Positions 17,238 through 30,901 of a stretch of DNA of 64,000 bases are shown here, piece after piece. The notes under the pieces are model-generated. The model was not told the DNA's origin and made no database searches. It was given only the letters and a program-made list of their open reading frames with translations. Position numbers and translations under genes: made by a program. The DNA lies in NCBI RefSeq assembly GCF_009914755.1, contig NC_060935.1, one strand, 5' to 3'. Source of the DNA: the human T2T-CHM13v2.0 reference genome, Homo sapiens. The stretch's first letter is position 1. Every line of letters starts with the position of its first letter.

Positions 17238-17836
17238 GGCCGGGTATTGTGGCCCACACCTGTAATCTCAGCAGTTTGGGAGACTGAGGCAGTAGGATCG
17301 TTTGAGGCTAGGAGTTTGAGAGCAGCCTGGGCAACGTTGTGAGACCCCGTCTCTACAAAAATTAAAATATGAGCCAGGTGTGATGGCATGCACCTGTAGT
17401 CCCAGCCACTCAAGAGGCTAAGATGGGAGGATCACTTGAACCCAGGACTTTGAGACTGCAGTGAGGTATGATTGCATCAGATTGCATCGCTGCACTCTAG
17501 GCGAGACCCTGTCTCCTTAAAAAAAAAAAAAAAATAGCCGGGTGTGTTGGCTCACGCCTGTAATCCCAGCACTTTGGGAGGCCGAGGCAGGTGGATCACG
17601 AGGTCAGGAGTTCAGGACCAGCCTGGCCAAGATGGTGAAACCGCGTCTCTACTAAAAATACAAAAATTAGCTGGGTGTAGTGGCAGGTACTTGTAATCCC
17701 AGCTACTTGGGAGGCTGAGACAGAGAATTGCTTGAACCCAGGAGGTGGAGGTTGCAGTGAGCCAAAATCATGCCACTACACTCCAGCCTGGGCAACAGAG
17801 CGAGACTCAGTCTCAAAAAAAAAAAAAAAAAAAAAA
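17238..17836 (+). mobile_element. Tandem Alus: AluJ (17238-17534) with an AluS (17535-17836) inserted in its A tail
   Basis: Two dimers head-to-tail; outer direct repeat AGTGTGT[G/A]TCT brackets the pair. Confidence 0.93.
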
Positions 17837-18259
17837 GTGTGTATCTCAGTGTCTCATCTTGTTCTTTCAGACTGACTCTGGAGATGGCTGAGCTAATAAT
17901 GTGTGATCCTATTTATTGGGGAGATTTCTCAGGTCCTTCTTCCTCTTCTTTTGCCTGCTGCCTTGGACATACCAGGTTGGACACCAGTCCTATCAAAAAG
18001 TAAAGGAAGGAACCTCAAATGAATCTCTTAAGCTGTGTAGTAGCTCTTTGATACAAATTTAAGTGACAGAGGAGTCTGCATATCACCGACTAAAAGGGAA
18101 TTTAGCTTCTGATTCTGTTAATGAGGCACCGTCAGCTGTTTGGTAAGGGCCTTCTGGGTGCCACTGGGGCACTGTGGCAGGGATTACGGGTCCAGAAAGC
18201 AGTCGAGAGAGTCCTGTTGTGACAGAAAGGGATCATGGGGAAGGAACGACTACAGGAAC

Positions 18260-19250
18260 AAAGACGCAGCAAGCCAGGCGCTGGTGCCTGTGCATTGCTG
18301 AGTGCAGTAGGAACACAGGATATTGCTGAGCGTGGGAGATGGGGTTAGGGGAGGCTTCTCAGAGGAGGTAACATTTAAGAAGAGCTTTGATTCCAGGAGG
18401 GACAGGAAGTCCCGCACTGAGGGGTTGGCACACACAAGGCAAAGAAGCGTGTCTCGCCGGGTATGTGGAGGAAACTGCAAGTAGCCAGGACATCTCCAGC
18501 TTAAGGTGTGAACAGGCAAATGGTGGACCTCGTATGCCTGGCTGAAATGTGAACTTGGTTGTTTAAGCAGTTGGCACTGCCTTTATGAGCTGGAGGTGAC
18601 ATGATCAGACTTACATTTTAGAACTGTCTCTCTGGTGGCACCATAAATGATGGATGAGAGAGGCCAGAGACGGAGCAGGGACCAGTTAGGAGAGAATCCA
18701 GTGATCATCACGAAGACTTGAATTAAAGGGTGGCAGTGGGAACAGAGAGGCAGGAATAGAGAGGAGGACAATTTTTTTTTTATTATTATACTTCAAGTTC
18801 TGGGATACATGTGCAGAACGTGCAGGTTTGTTACATAGGTATACACGTGCCATGGTGGTTTACTGCACCCATCAACCCATCATCTACATTAGGTATTTCT
18901 CCTAATGCCATCCCTCCCCTATCCTCCCCACCCCCAAACAGGCCCTGGTGTGTGAGGTTCCCCTCCCTGTGTCCATGTGTGAGAAGAGGACAATCTTGAA
19001 GAGAGAATTGGCAGAATCAACATTGCGGAAGGAAGCAAGAAGGGAGTTGAGAATTCTGTGGTTTCTGGACTGGGCCAGCAGGTGGATAGGGACGCCATGA
19101 ACTGAAGTAGGAAGACAGAGGACAGAGTAGACTTAGGTGGGGAAAGGTTGAGTTCTGTTCTAGACCTGTGCATTTGGAGTGTCTTTGGGCAGATGATGGA
19201 GACAGGTCTGTGAACCGGAGGTTAGTAGATGGGCTCTCCAGGTATGACAT
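18260..19250 (-). mobile_element. L2 remnant (host of an L1PA fragment)
   Basis: GGAGGCTTCTCAGAGGAGGTAACATTTAAG, GTGACATGATCAGACTTACATTTTAGAA, TGAGTTCTGTTCTAGACCTGT. Confidence 0.75.
18773..18980 (-). mobile_element. 5'-truncated L1PA 3' end (~210 bp) with TSD
   Basis: TTATTATACTTCAAGTTCTGGGATACATGTGCAGAACGTGCAGG; GAGA[G/A]GAGGACAAT at 18759-18772 and 18981-18994. Confidence 0.93.
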
Positions 19251-20824
19251 GGCTGTTTCCACTTCCCTAGCATATAATTGAGAGCCTCATGAACTTGTGC
19301 ACCCAGTGGAGTGGGCACCTTTGTCTATGGTAGCACGGTGGTATGTCAGACGGGCTTCAGCGTGCATGACTAACATATTAGGCTGATTTTTCAGAAGTCA
19401 GAGAATTTTTTTTTTCAGAAATATTAGTTCTTCTTAAACCTCCTGGGGCTCCCTGATACCTGCCCAGGCATCTCTCAGGTCACCTACACAGGATTGATTC
19501 ACTTATCTGGGAGGACACCATTGGCTGGCATGGAAGCTGCCATCTTCACCTGCCCTCTCAGATGTTCCTCGCCTCCCTACGTGACCAGGGCCATGAGCAC
19601 TCCCTCCTCCCACAGCTCTCACCCTCCTCCTCTGTGTTTGTTTCTCCAGTTTCCTAGGTGACCCCATTTAAGCGAATATGCAGGGAAGTGAGAATTTGTA
19701 ACGGTGGCAGGTAATGAGAGAAAGCTGATGACAGTGAAGCATGTTTCTGTAGCCAGAGTGAGTCAGGGCTGCATTTTTCCCAAGTGAGCTAACACTGTTT
19801 GCTAATGCAGTTGCAGAGCTGTGAACTGAGCCTTCCATTGACTAATGCACCTGATGGCCTCAGGTGAACTGGGCTCGGGAAGGCACCGCCAGCCAGAACC
19901 ATGGAGGACCCGTCTCCAGGGAGGCCTGGGAGACCAGAAGTCTGTGGGGTGGCCCCCTGGGTTCTTGGTTCTCAATGAGCGACTGCTTGGGAAGCAGTGC
20001 TTCATTTGTGGGAAGAGCCAAGTGCTGTTGGCACTGGGAATTTATTGGCTTTAGCCTGTTAATCACTTTCAATAAAACTGCCAGCTTCTAGTAGCTCTTC
20101 TACAGGGATGACCAGAGGGATGTGAGTACTGATTTAAGACCACTTCCAGGGTCCCCTGAAGGAAGACTCTGTGTATTATTGGGGCTTTAAATTATGCAGC
20201 CTGGTCAGAGCAGGGCAACTGGGCAGCTGCACCTGAGATCATCAGGGCCGGTCCCTGTGGGCCTCCCTGATAGTTAGATCTCCCCAGGTGGAGAGCTGCA
20301 GCTGAAAACCCACACCTGAGACTCCCCATGGAGCAGGCAAGTGAGACTGACTGTGGGCCCGAGATTCACAGACGGCAATCCTCAGAAACCTAGGGCCTTT
20401 CAAAAAGTGGGGGTTGCTGCCCAAGCTCTGTCAGGGGTGATTGTCCCAAGCTGCTGCATTCGAAGTCCACACTGCTTTGCTGAGCAGGGCTGGCGTGGCA
20501 GTGAGGCAGCTTATGTTGGCTTAAGGAGGTGGCTCTCCAGTTGGTGCTGAGGTAGACCTGGGGTTCTTATCCTATTAGGTCAATGGTTGTTGTCTCAAGG
20601 ACTGATGTTGGAAGTCTGACTGCAGACTTCCCTTTCTCATTCTACTTGTCCCACCCGGTTGTTTGCTGCTTCCTGGGATGAAGCATCCCTGCGATCCCCT
20701 TTGACAGGTTCAACTTGTGCAGATATATTGTGAGTGGGTGTGAGCCCCAATGCAGGAGCTGGTGTACAGGTCAGACATCGTGGGTTTGAATCCTGCCCCA
20801 CTTCTTAACTCTACGATCATCTGC

Positions 20825-21342
<518 letters not shown>

Positions 21343-22335
21343 TAAAATGGGAACAATTACACTGCTTCACTGCGTTGTGAATGGGATAGATAAGACAGCA
21401 TGTCAGGGGCTTAGCATGTACCCTGGGATGCCGTGGTGCTCAGGAAATGGTGGGTGTGTTAGATTTAGCCCCAGAAATGGCTTTGACTTTTAGGACTTTT
21501 CAGAAGACTACAGAGAAGTACAGCACCATGATTAGCAGTAGAATGGAAAACAGGAAGGGCTGTGGATTTAATGTTTCTTTTGGAATCTTTATAATATTTA
21601 TTTATTTATAACATTTTAATTGTTATAACAATTTAGGACAGCTACAGCGATTGAATCAATCCATTAAGAAGTATTTTTTGAGCACCGGTTCTGGATTTAG
21701 CAGTGTGATGGGCACTTTCATGGGTAGAAAAGAAGTGGAAGGTATACGCTGCCCTGGCTACTGAGTTAGGGAGGCAGAAATAACACAGTTGGAGTGATCA
21801 GAGAACAGCAGGAAACGTGGGACCATCTGGGTGACTGCTGGCCTGTGGGAGGGTGCAGAGGAGACGAGCTGTGGGAGCCAGGAGAATCACCTGCCGGAGG
21901 TGGGACCGGGGCTGGGTCTGGAATGATGAGTGGATTCCCATCAGCAACATCTGGCTTTGCCTTTTGTTTCCAGTCTGGACGATGGGCCAGAGGGTCAGAG
22001 TGAATGCTCTTGTCAAGCCAGGAAAAGGACTGTGTGATGAGAAGCCCCAGGCATCCTTCTCAGGTCCCTTGCAGACCATGAATGTTTCAGGATGGGGACT
22101 GGCCCAGGTGTCCTCAGGCATGGGCATCTGTTTCTCAGTTTCTCAGCTTCCCAGAGTTTCCTCTGTTGGATTCTTGGAAGGAAAGAAAAGCGCTTTGGGG
22201 AAGACCTCGTTTAATGGGGGAGGTCCGAGCCTTGGTAGCCAGTGCTGGAGCCTGTCTGGAGCCTGTCAGCAGGATCCCATCTCTCCTGCTGCCTCCCATT
22301 CTGCTCACCTTTCCTTTGTATCTTGTGCCTTCTAG

Positions 22336-22420
22336 GTTGGACTTGGCTCAGTCTCTGGGACTCACTCAGCTGCAGGTGAAGACCTGGTATCAGAATCGCA
22401 GGATGAAATGGAAGAAAATG
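22336..22420 (+). CDS. BARX2: BARX2 coding exon 3 ([29 protein letters not shown]), homeodomain helices 2-3
   Basis: TTCTAG acceptor ending 22335; ATG|GTAAGA donor at 22421; 85 nt; completes the split Arg codon AG|G from exon 2; helix 3 VKTWYQNRR has the BarH-class Thr47/Tyr49 and Gln50. Confidence 0.98.
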
Positions 22421-22686
22421 GTAAGAAAGGAGTGACTAACCATGATCCCTTCCTGATGGGAAGGACTTTTACTCCAGGGCTGTTGGGAGGGAGGCCGGAC
22501 CATTTGGCAGTTTGGGCTGCAGAGATTGGAAGGCCTTCTATGCTGCTGGCTTGCGGGGAAGCTGTTGGATCTGTAGGTTGAGCTATTCCTCTTGACCTGG
22601 AGTTCCTAAACAGAGGGATATTCTTTTTCTGTTTCCTTAGAAATCAAAGGAAAAAAAGCTTACAGGCTTTTAACTTGCTAGTTTTA

Positions 22687-22805
22687 TTATTATACTTAAG
22701 TTCTAGGGTACATGTGCAGAACATGCAGTTTTGTTACTTAGGTATACATTTGCCATGGTGGTTTGCTGCACCCATCAACCCGTCATCTACATTAGGTATT
22801 TCTCC
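22687..22805 (-). mobile_element. Very short L1PA 3' end (~120 bp) with perfect 16-bp TSD
   Basis: TTATTATACTTAAGTTCTAGGGTACATGTGCAGAAC; TAACTTGCTAGTTTTA at 22671-22686 and 22806-22821. Confidence 0.93.
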
Positions 22806-22951
22806 TAACTTGCTAGTTTTAACCCTACCTGCTAGCCTTTTCAAACAACTTCCTTCTTCCTCCCACCAAGAGCTAAAAATAGAAGTCAGTACTCTTTGTT
22901 TATAATGACGTAGAGGATGCATCTGTTCTTTTGGCTGTGCGTCCTGTAACG

Positions 22952-23140
22952 CAGTGATCCTCAAACTTTGGTGGGCATTAGCGTCCCCTGGGTAGCAGGT
23001 TAAATGCAGAACTCTAGGCCCCCTCCCAGGATTCTGGTCCCAGAGGTCTGGGCCAAGGCTGGGAACGTGCGTGTTAACAAGAGCCCTGGTTATTCTGAAG
23101 TGCCTGGTATGATGACCACAGTTTCCATCATCCTGCTCTA
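22952..23140. mobile_element. MER5A-like hAT MITE
   Basis: CAGTGATCCTCAAACTT...TAAATGCAGA...TTAACAAG...TTATTCTGA pattern. Confidence 0.65.
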
Positions 23141-24220
23141 GTGCCTAGCTAATGAATATTTCCATCTTTGATTTTTAAGTATTAGAATAGATACATCCCT
23201 ACGTTGTGAGGAACTCAATTTCATTATCATTTATTCTTTTCACTAAAAAGGGCACTATTAAATCAAAATTTTCCAAAGTAGTTGAGTGTTTCCTTTCTCA
23301 GCTTTGTAAACCACTGAGACAAGGTCAAAGCCCAGAGCAAAAGAAAACGAGGAGGGGTGGCGATAAGGGAAGAAGCCCTGCTGTTCTCTGGAGCCCAGGT
23401 GCCACCATGCCACCTGCCATAGGCTTCTTACCCCCTCACCAAACGTTAGTGGCTCTTTCTCCTCTCGTCCATGCCATGCCTTCATGATGACATTCTAATT
23501 TGCTAACCTGTCTGGTCACAGGCCCTATGTCTTGGTGTTTCAGGGCTAAAATATGATGTTTTTCACAATAATCAAATAACTACGGGGTTCTGCCAACCCC
23601 AGTTTTCAGGAAAAAAAAAAAGTCAGTGGATAGATGTTTTCTCAATGTTGTGGTTTTGTCCAATATTGTTTTTTCTTAAGCTTTTAGTTCTTGCTATTCC
23701 TTGCTATTTTCTGCTAACAATGAGGAGAAAAAAAAAACCAAAATAAGTAAATTGCAGATGAACATCAATGGGAAAAATTAGGAAAAAAGTCAACAAGCAG
23801 CAATTATTATATTCCCAAAAAAGAAATTCCTGGGCAAATCTTGTAATTTCCTCTGGGGGGACCTGACCCTGAAATGAAAGGGTTTTCAAAATGGAGGCCA
23901 CTTGGCTCATGAAGTGCCCACGAATTAAGACAGAGATGCCAGTTATGTGTTCAAACATATGGATATTGCATGAGTCAGCAAATATATATTTTGTGTCTCT
24001 TGTGAGCCATTCCTTGTCCTAGGCACTATAAGAAGTAATTAAATAAAATATCACCCTTGCCTTCATGGAATTTATGATGTAGTCAGAGAAACAAGGCCCA
24101 GGAGGTAGCTGCCGAGCATGTTATAATTAAGTGCTGGTTGTTACGGATTTATAAGCCCATCGGAGTTCAGAAGAGAGGTAATGGAGAAGGTGGCCGGGAG
24201 AAGTTGAAATTGAAGGAAGT

Positions 24221-24653
<433 letters not shown>

Positions 24654-25869
24654 CTAGACTTGAGAGTGAGAAGCACCCGGCCGTGTTCCCATGCTTGCCC
24701 TTCCCTGGCTGATTTTGGGCAAGTCCCTTCACTGCTTTCTGTGCAAGATCCACCACCCACCTTCTTCCTCGTCAGTCATCAGCATTGAAATCAATGCCTC
24801 CTAAGTAGCAGAGGCATTGTTTAAATTGGTTATCAGCAATCTTTTCGTGAGTCAGATGATTAAGGAATCGACAGGCAGCCTCCTCTGCCAGCACCGCCCA
24901 GTGCCCGTGGGCCAATGCGTGTGCCTTCGTCTCTGACGTCACTTGTTTTTCACCAGCAACAGCGTTGCTGGCATGGTTGTGGGCCAGTTATTGATGGGTA
25001 TCAATGCCATGTAAACCAAAATGGAAGAGTAACTTAGCAGATCTAACCTCAGAACATTCTGCAAGCCAGTCACCTTCAGGTCCCTTTAGGAGCCAAGAGG
25101 CCCAAGCTGTCAGTTCACTTTTGAGATAATTCATTGAGCATTTAACATTCATCAGGCCATGGAGATGCAAAGATAAGACATGAGCCTGTCCGCCAGAAAA
25201 TAAAATTATAAAAAGGTACTCAGTCAAGTGCAGAAGACACATCTGCAAACTGGTATTATTATTTCACGGAGCGGTCAGGGCAGCAGCAGGGAAATTTATA
25301 GGATCAGCGCAGAGAGTGGAATAGCAAGGCTGTGTTGTGATCCTGATTGCTTCATCTAGTTTCCCAGTAAAACTCTTTTCAAGGCTAATCTGTTTAGGTA
25401 CCAGGGAGGAAAAGAAAAAGATAATTGAGTAATAAAGATGTCTCAAGGCTAGTAACCTAATTGGAACTGGAAAAAGATTAGCAGTTGATTCTCAGACTTA
25501 TTCACATGGCTGCCAAGGGTAACTTTGCCAGAACCGAGATAGCATCTCTGACGAATTCTGACCCGTCAGCATTGGTAACCTATAGCGGGTTGGGTAAATT
25601 TAATCTTGCATATTTAAGATGGGATGCGCACCCTCTATTCCATGTCTGTTGGCTTTAGTTCCCGCAGGACCCACAGTGTTTTGCAACAGGCTGAAAGAGC
25701 CTCATTATTTGGTGGTCTCTTTGAGCTCTAAAATGCAATTCTCTTCCATGAGAGGATCCAAACAGATACCTCCTTTCTCTCCTAGTGACAGAATTGCGTG
25801 GGCCCCACACTATTCATGGTCATTATCTTTCTCATGAAAAGTCCCCAAATAGTTAACAACTCCATGAAT

Positions 25870-26080
25870 TGTTACCAGTAGCTCTCTGTGTAATCTTGGG
25901 CAGGTTACTTAACCTCTGTGTGCCTGTTTCCTCTCCAGTAAAAGGCCTAACACGTACCTTGTAGGGTTGTGTTATTAACTGAGCTAATCTCTGTAAAACA
26001 CGTAAATAGGACCTGCCATATAGGATACAGCCAAGAGATGTTATTGCCGTTATTATTATCATTATTAGTATTTTTATTAC
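25870..26080 (+). mobile_element. MIR
   Basis: TCTTGGGCAGGTTACTTAACCTCTGTGTGCCTGTTTCCTC core and TTATTA tail. Confidence 0.75.
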
Positions 26081-27629
26081 CTAGCCACAAAATCCATGTC
26101 TTCAGAGAATCCAAATATTTGGAGGCCAGGATACATAAGCCAAAAGTGAATTCTATGAGTTTCAGGGACTCCGCACAGCCCTGAGCATTTGTCCTTTCTC
26201 AGTCCCTGCTCCCCAGTCATCTCCAAGTCAGCGCCTTGGCATTTGGGGCCTTGCCTGAGGTCCAGTGGAACATCACATCTTCAGGCTGAGAAAGTCAGCT
26301 AATGGGAGCAGCAGTGTCTGGGAGGAGATTCATGCTGGGGAATCCAAACTTGTTTCTCAGCTTCATGGAAACAGTCATCAGTTATGTGGCCCTCGCTGCC
26401 CTATAAAGCTGCAGAGAGAGACAGAGAAAAAGGAACAAAGATCACCCCCACTAATAAGTCTACTGCCTGGAGTCTGCTGGGAGGTTGGGTAATTGCAAAT
26501 AAATAACCAGACGTAGAACAGTGGCCCATTTTACATATCCCTCGCGCATTATGCTGAATGCAATACTGCTAAGACTGTTAGACTCAAATGGTCAGGAGGT
26601 TTGTGTTCAAATCCCAGCTCTGCCCTTGGCTTGCTCTTTGATACTGACAAACTCTGTCAGCTCAGTTTCCTATCTGAAAAGTAGAGGGAAGGAGAGAGTT
26701 CCTTCCTGCACTGACATTCCCTGCCCCCTACCCAGGCTGCTTGGAGGGAAGCAAAAGATCCGGTCTTAACACCCTCAGCAACAGAACATCTGAATACCTC
26801 GTTGCAGAGTTTGGAGGAGGGCTGTCACCAGGCACGGCTAATAAAAGTGGATGGTGTCCTAGGTGTTCTTCCGAGAGGCAGAAGGAGGCATGTGACCTCT
26901 TAGACAAGGAGCTCTCTGGCTTCTCTGGACCAACGGGACTAAACTGGCTCTAAGAATAAATGGGGAGAGGGCTCCTAGGAGGAAGGCCACAGGGTGCATG
27001 TGAATGGGCAGCTCCTGATGGAGAGTGGTTCTGAGATAATTGCATGTCTCAGGTGTGCTGGAAGGCAAGGGGCCAGAGGTTGAGTGCAGAAAGCAGCCAA
27101 GAGGGTAGTTATCTCCTAATTATTGCTTGTGCTGGAATGTTTTATTCCATTTAGAAAATGGTCTAATTGTTTTGGGGATTTTTTTTTCATGCAGTAGGAA
27201 AACAGCCAGGTGGGGTCCGTCCAAACCGTGTGGGTGGTGTTCTCTAATTGCTGGGCTGGACTTTCTTTTGCCAATTAGGTGGCTTCCATAGACCTGCCCT
27301 TTTCTAGTTTGATTACTACATGGGGCAACTTACTTTTGTATAACCTCTTTCATACTGAGTGGATCTGCTTTCAACATGTAAATTCCATCTTGGCACAATT
27401 GGGTGCTTTCAAAAGCCTGCACTCAGACTGAAATCAAAATCAGATAATGACTTACGTGAAAAGAAATACAGGGAACGTCTTCTCCCCAGGGTTGGTTTCT
27501 GTCAGCATCTCTACCTCGTTAAAGGTCCCCTTAATATCTGTGTGTTAGCTGTTGATGCGGAAAGGACAGTGGTTGAGCAGAGTTTTAGCTAAAAGGAGGT
27601 GTTTACTGAGAACTTCTTGGTTTTCTTAC

Positions 27630-28712
27630 TTCATACTCAAAAATTAACTCAAAATGAATCATCATCTAAATGGTGAGAGTGAAAACTATAAAACTTAGAA
27701 TATGAGTAAGTATCCATGACCTCGGATTAGACAAAACCTTCTTAGATATGACAGCAAAAGCACAAGCAACAGAAGAAAACATAAATTGGGCTTCCTCAAA
27801 ATTTAAAAATTTTGTGCTGTGAAGGACATCATTAGAAAAATGAGAAGACAGCCCACAGAATCAGAGAAGCTTACATCTGATAAGGGACATGTATCCAGAA
27901 TATTTAAAGAACACTTACAACTCAATAATAAAAAGACAACCAAATTTAGAAATGGGCAAAAGATTTGAATAGACAATTTCTCCAATGAAGATATACAGCT
28001 AGCCAATAAGCACTATGAAAAGATGCTAAACTTCATTAGTCATCAGGGAAATAAATGCAAAGCAGAACCACAATGAGATACCACTTCCCACCCTCTAGGA
28101 TGGCTGTGGTCAAACAGCCATCAACAAGTGTTGGTGAGGATGTGGAGAATTGGAACCCTCATATGCAGCTGGCTGGAACGTAAAATAGTGCTTTGGAAAA
28201 CAGTCCTCAAAATGTGAAACATAGAGTTGCCAAATGATCCAGCAATTCAATTTCACTTCTTTCCCATGTTCACAGCCGCTTCATTCACAGTAGTAAGCAA
28301 CCCACGTGTCCATCAACTGATGAGTGAACGAACAAAACATAGTATATCCATAAAATGGAATATTATTTACTGATAAATGCTACGGCATGGATAGACATTG
28401 AGAACATTATGCTAAGTGAAAGAAGCCAGTCACAAAAGTGCACATATTATATGATTCTGTTTATATAAAATGTCCAAAAATAAGCACATCTGTAGAGACA
28501 GAAAGCAGACTAGTGGTTGCCCAGGGCTGTGGGCAGATCGGGTAGGGGCTGGGGGAAAATAGGGACTGACCGCTAATGCTATGGGGTTTCTTTTTGGGGT
28601 GATAGAAGTGTTGGAAAATTGCATTGTGGTGATAGTTGTACAATTCTGTGACTATCCTAAAAATCACTGAATAGTGCACTTTAAATGGATTTGGCATGTG
28701 AATTATATCTCA
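27630..28712 (+). mobile_element. Old L1M (L1MB/ME-like) 3' fragment
   Basis: AAAAATTAACTCAAAATG, CATTATGCTAAGTGAAAGAAGCCAGTCACAAAA, GTGGTGATAGTTGTACAA. Confidence 0.85.
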
Positions 28713-30634
28713 GAGCTGTATACAAAGTAAGTTATGGTTTTATCCTTAAAATTCAGCACCTGGAGGTCCTCTGCTGCTCTTGAAGGAAAGAGGAACAGTC
28801 AGTAAATATTTAGGGACTGCATAGAAGTTAGCTGGAAGTTTGATTCTTGGAGCATGGAGTAATGGAGAGAAGCAGGGTTTGTCTTCAAGGAGCTTATATA
28901 CAAATATAGAAGACAAGATTAGGCTAGGTTTATAAATAGCGAAAATATCTCCCACCCCTAATCATCTGTGCTAATCCAGGTCCTCTGGAAGCCCTTCTCA
29001 CTAACTGCCCAGAAAATCAAGAACTATGCCAAGCCAGTGGAGGAAGGAGTGTCTACTACATTCCAAAGCAAAATATAAATATTTTTAAAATTATCCCTGT
29101 CTGCCTCCTGGGACTCTTGTGTGGGTCACAAATTGGGATAATAAGGGTGCCAGGCCTTTGAAGTCAGCCAAGGCCATTTAGGGTCCAGTTATTTGGCTTG
29201 CTTTATATCTTTTCTCGACTCTAGGGAAAGGTTTGTTGAGAAAGCCTAGTTCATTTGGTAACAGTTGTCAAACACCTGCTATGTGCAGGGGCTGAGTGAG
29301 AGGGGCAGCAGGTAAACATGCAGTGACCATAGTTTCTGAAAAGTGCTCTGGCCAGAACAGTAGAGGCTGCTCCTAGGGCACACGGCAGAGGGCATTTAAC
29401 CTAGACCTGGGGGATGAGGAAGGCTTCCAGGGGAAGTTAGCCAGGAGAAGGAGGGCGGATGGTGTATATATTCTGGGCAAAGGAAACCTACCATTCAGGT
29501 GCCGTTCTGGTCCTTTCATACACATTATCTGTTGGTCACCCTCACTGTCACCCTGTAATACAAGGTATTATTATTCCCATTTTACAGATTAGAAAACGGA
29601 CACTCAGGGCCTTTAAAGGACTTCCCAAAGACAAAGATGATAAGTGGCAGAGTTGGAATTTAACCCAGTTTTTCTACTATCAAAGCCAAAATGCTTTTTA
29701 AACTCTGCTGTACTACTTCTTCGAACGCTACAAGACTACATGTTTTATAACATATTTTTTCTGATTACAGAAATACTTATGTTTGATCATTGTTGAAAGT
29801 TTAGAAAATATAGAAAAAACAAAGATTAAAAATGATTCATGATCCTGCAAACAAGGTGGTGTACAGATCACTGCAGACAAGGTGGTGTATAGGTTGTCTA
29901 GCCTCCAAACTGGATTATGCTAAGAATCTGTTTTTTACAAAACTATATGAATAATATTTTCTGTGTTATTAAACATTCTCCTATATAGTAATTGTAATGG
30001 TTGTCAAGTATTCTGTCTTTGGGATTTACTATAATTCTACCCAATTACATGGCTAAACTTTTAGGATATCACCCCCCTCCAACTTTTGCTGTTATAACCA
30101 ATATTGTGATGAATATTTTTGCAGATCAATCTTTGTCTCAGTCTTAGATAATTTTTTAGAATTTAGCCTAAGGACTTTCTGTGTCAAAAAGCCATGCACA
30201 TTTTAAGGCTTTTGACTTGAACTCTCAGGTTGTCTTGAAAAGTGTGTAACAATCACACTTTCATACAGTGTGTTTTTTTTCCTGCTTGCTACAAATATTA
30301 TTGTTGTCTTTTTAGCTTGTCAACTTGATAGTTATTGCATTAACATTTTAATTTTCATTTCTTTCCTTATTGTTGAAGTTGAATTCTGAAGCTGCCTATG
30401 ATTGTTGTATTAAATGCCAAAATATATAATGTTGACCAAAAATGCGTTGAGCATTTAAAAAATGGAGGTGTCTTTGTAGACCAGAGGTGATGGGTTGAGA
30501 ATATATTTTGCCAAATCCTGCAATTTCACTGCTGGAACAGATGGTTTAGATGCAACGTGAGGTTATACTGGGAGTGGAAAGGTGGAGGGAAGGAATTATT
30601 TCTTAGATTCAATAACAATTTTTTACTCACGTAG

Positions 30635-30901
30635 GTTCTTAAAGGTGGACAGGAAGCACCCACAAAACCCAAAGGTCGCCCCAAGAAGAACTCCATCCCC
30701 ACATCAGAAGAGATTGAAGCTGAAGAGAAGATGAACAGCCAGGCCCAGGGTCAGGAGCAGCTGGAGCCCTCTCAGGGGCAGGAGGAGCTCTGTGAAGCAC
30801 AGGAACCGAAAGCACGTGATGTCCCCTTAGAGATGGCAGAGCCACCAGACCCGCCCCAGGAGTTGCCAATACCCTCTTCGGAACCCCCACCATTAAGCTA
30901 A
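30635..30901 (+). CDS. BARX2: BARX2 last coding exon (VLKGGQEAPTKPKGRPKKNSIPT...SSEPPPLS*): basic region and acidic/proline-rich tail
   Basis: CGTAG acceptor ending 30634; phase 0 join to exon 3; open frame of 88 codons plus TAA at 30899-30901; not in the ORF track because it lacks an early start codon. Confidence 0.97.
   Translation, partial: VLKGGQEAPTKPKGRPKKNSIPTSEEIEAEEKMNSQAQGQEQLEPSQGQEELCEAQEPKARDVPLEMAEPPDPPQELPIPSSEPPPLS

Noticed and set aside
21853-22435. 160-aa and 117-aa + strand ORFs around exon 3
   Set aside because: Only 22336-22420 is homeodomain; the rest is intronic read-through without coding character
29841-29892. 26-bp tandem duplication CTGCA[A/G]ACAAGGTGGTGTA[C/T]AG
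   Set aside because: Two-copy slippage inside an old L1 remnant; not an array, no spacers, nothing CRISPR-like
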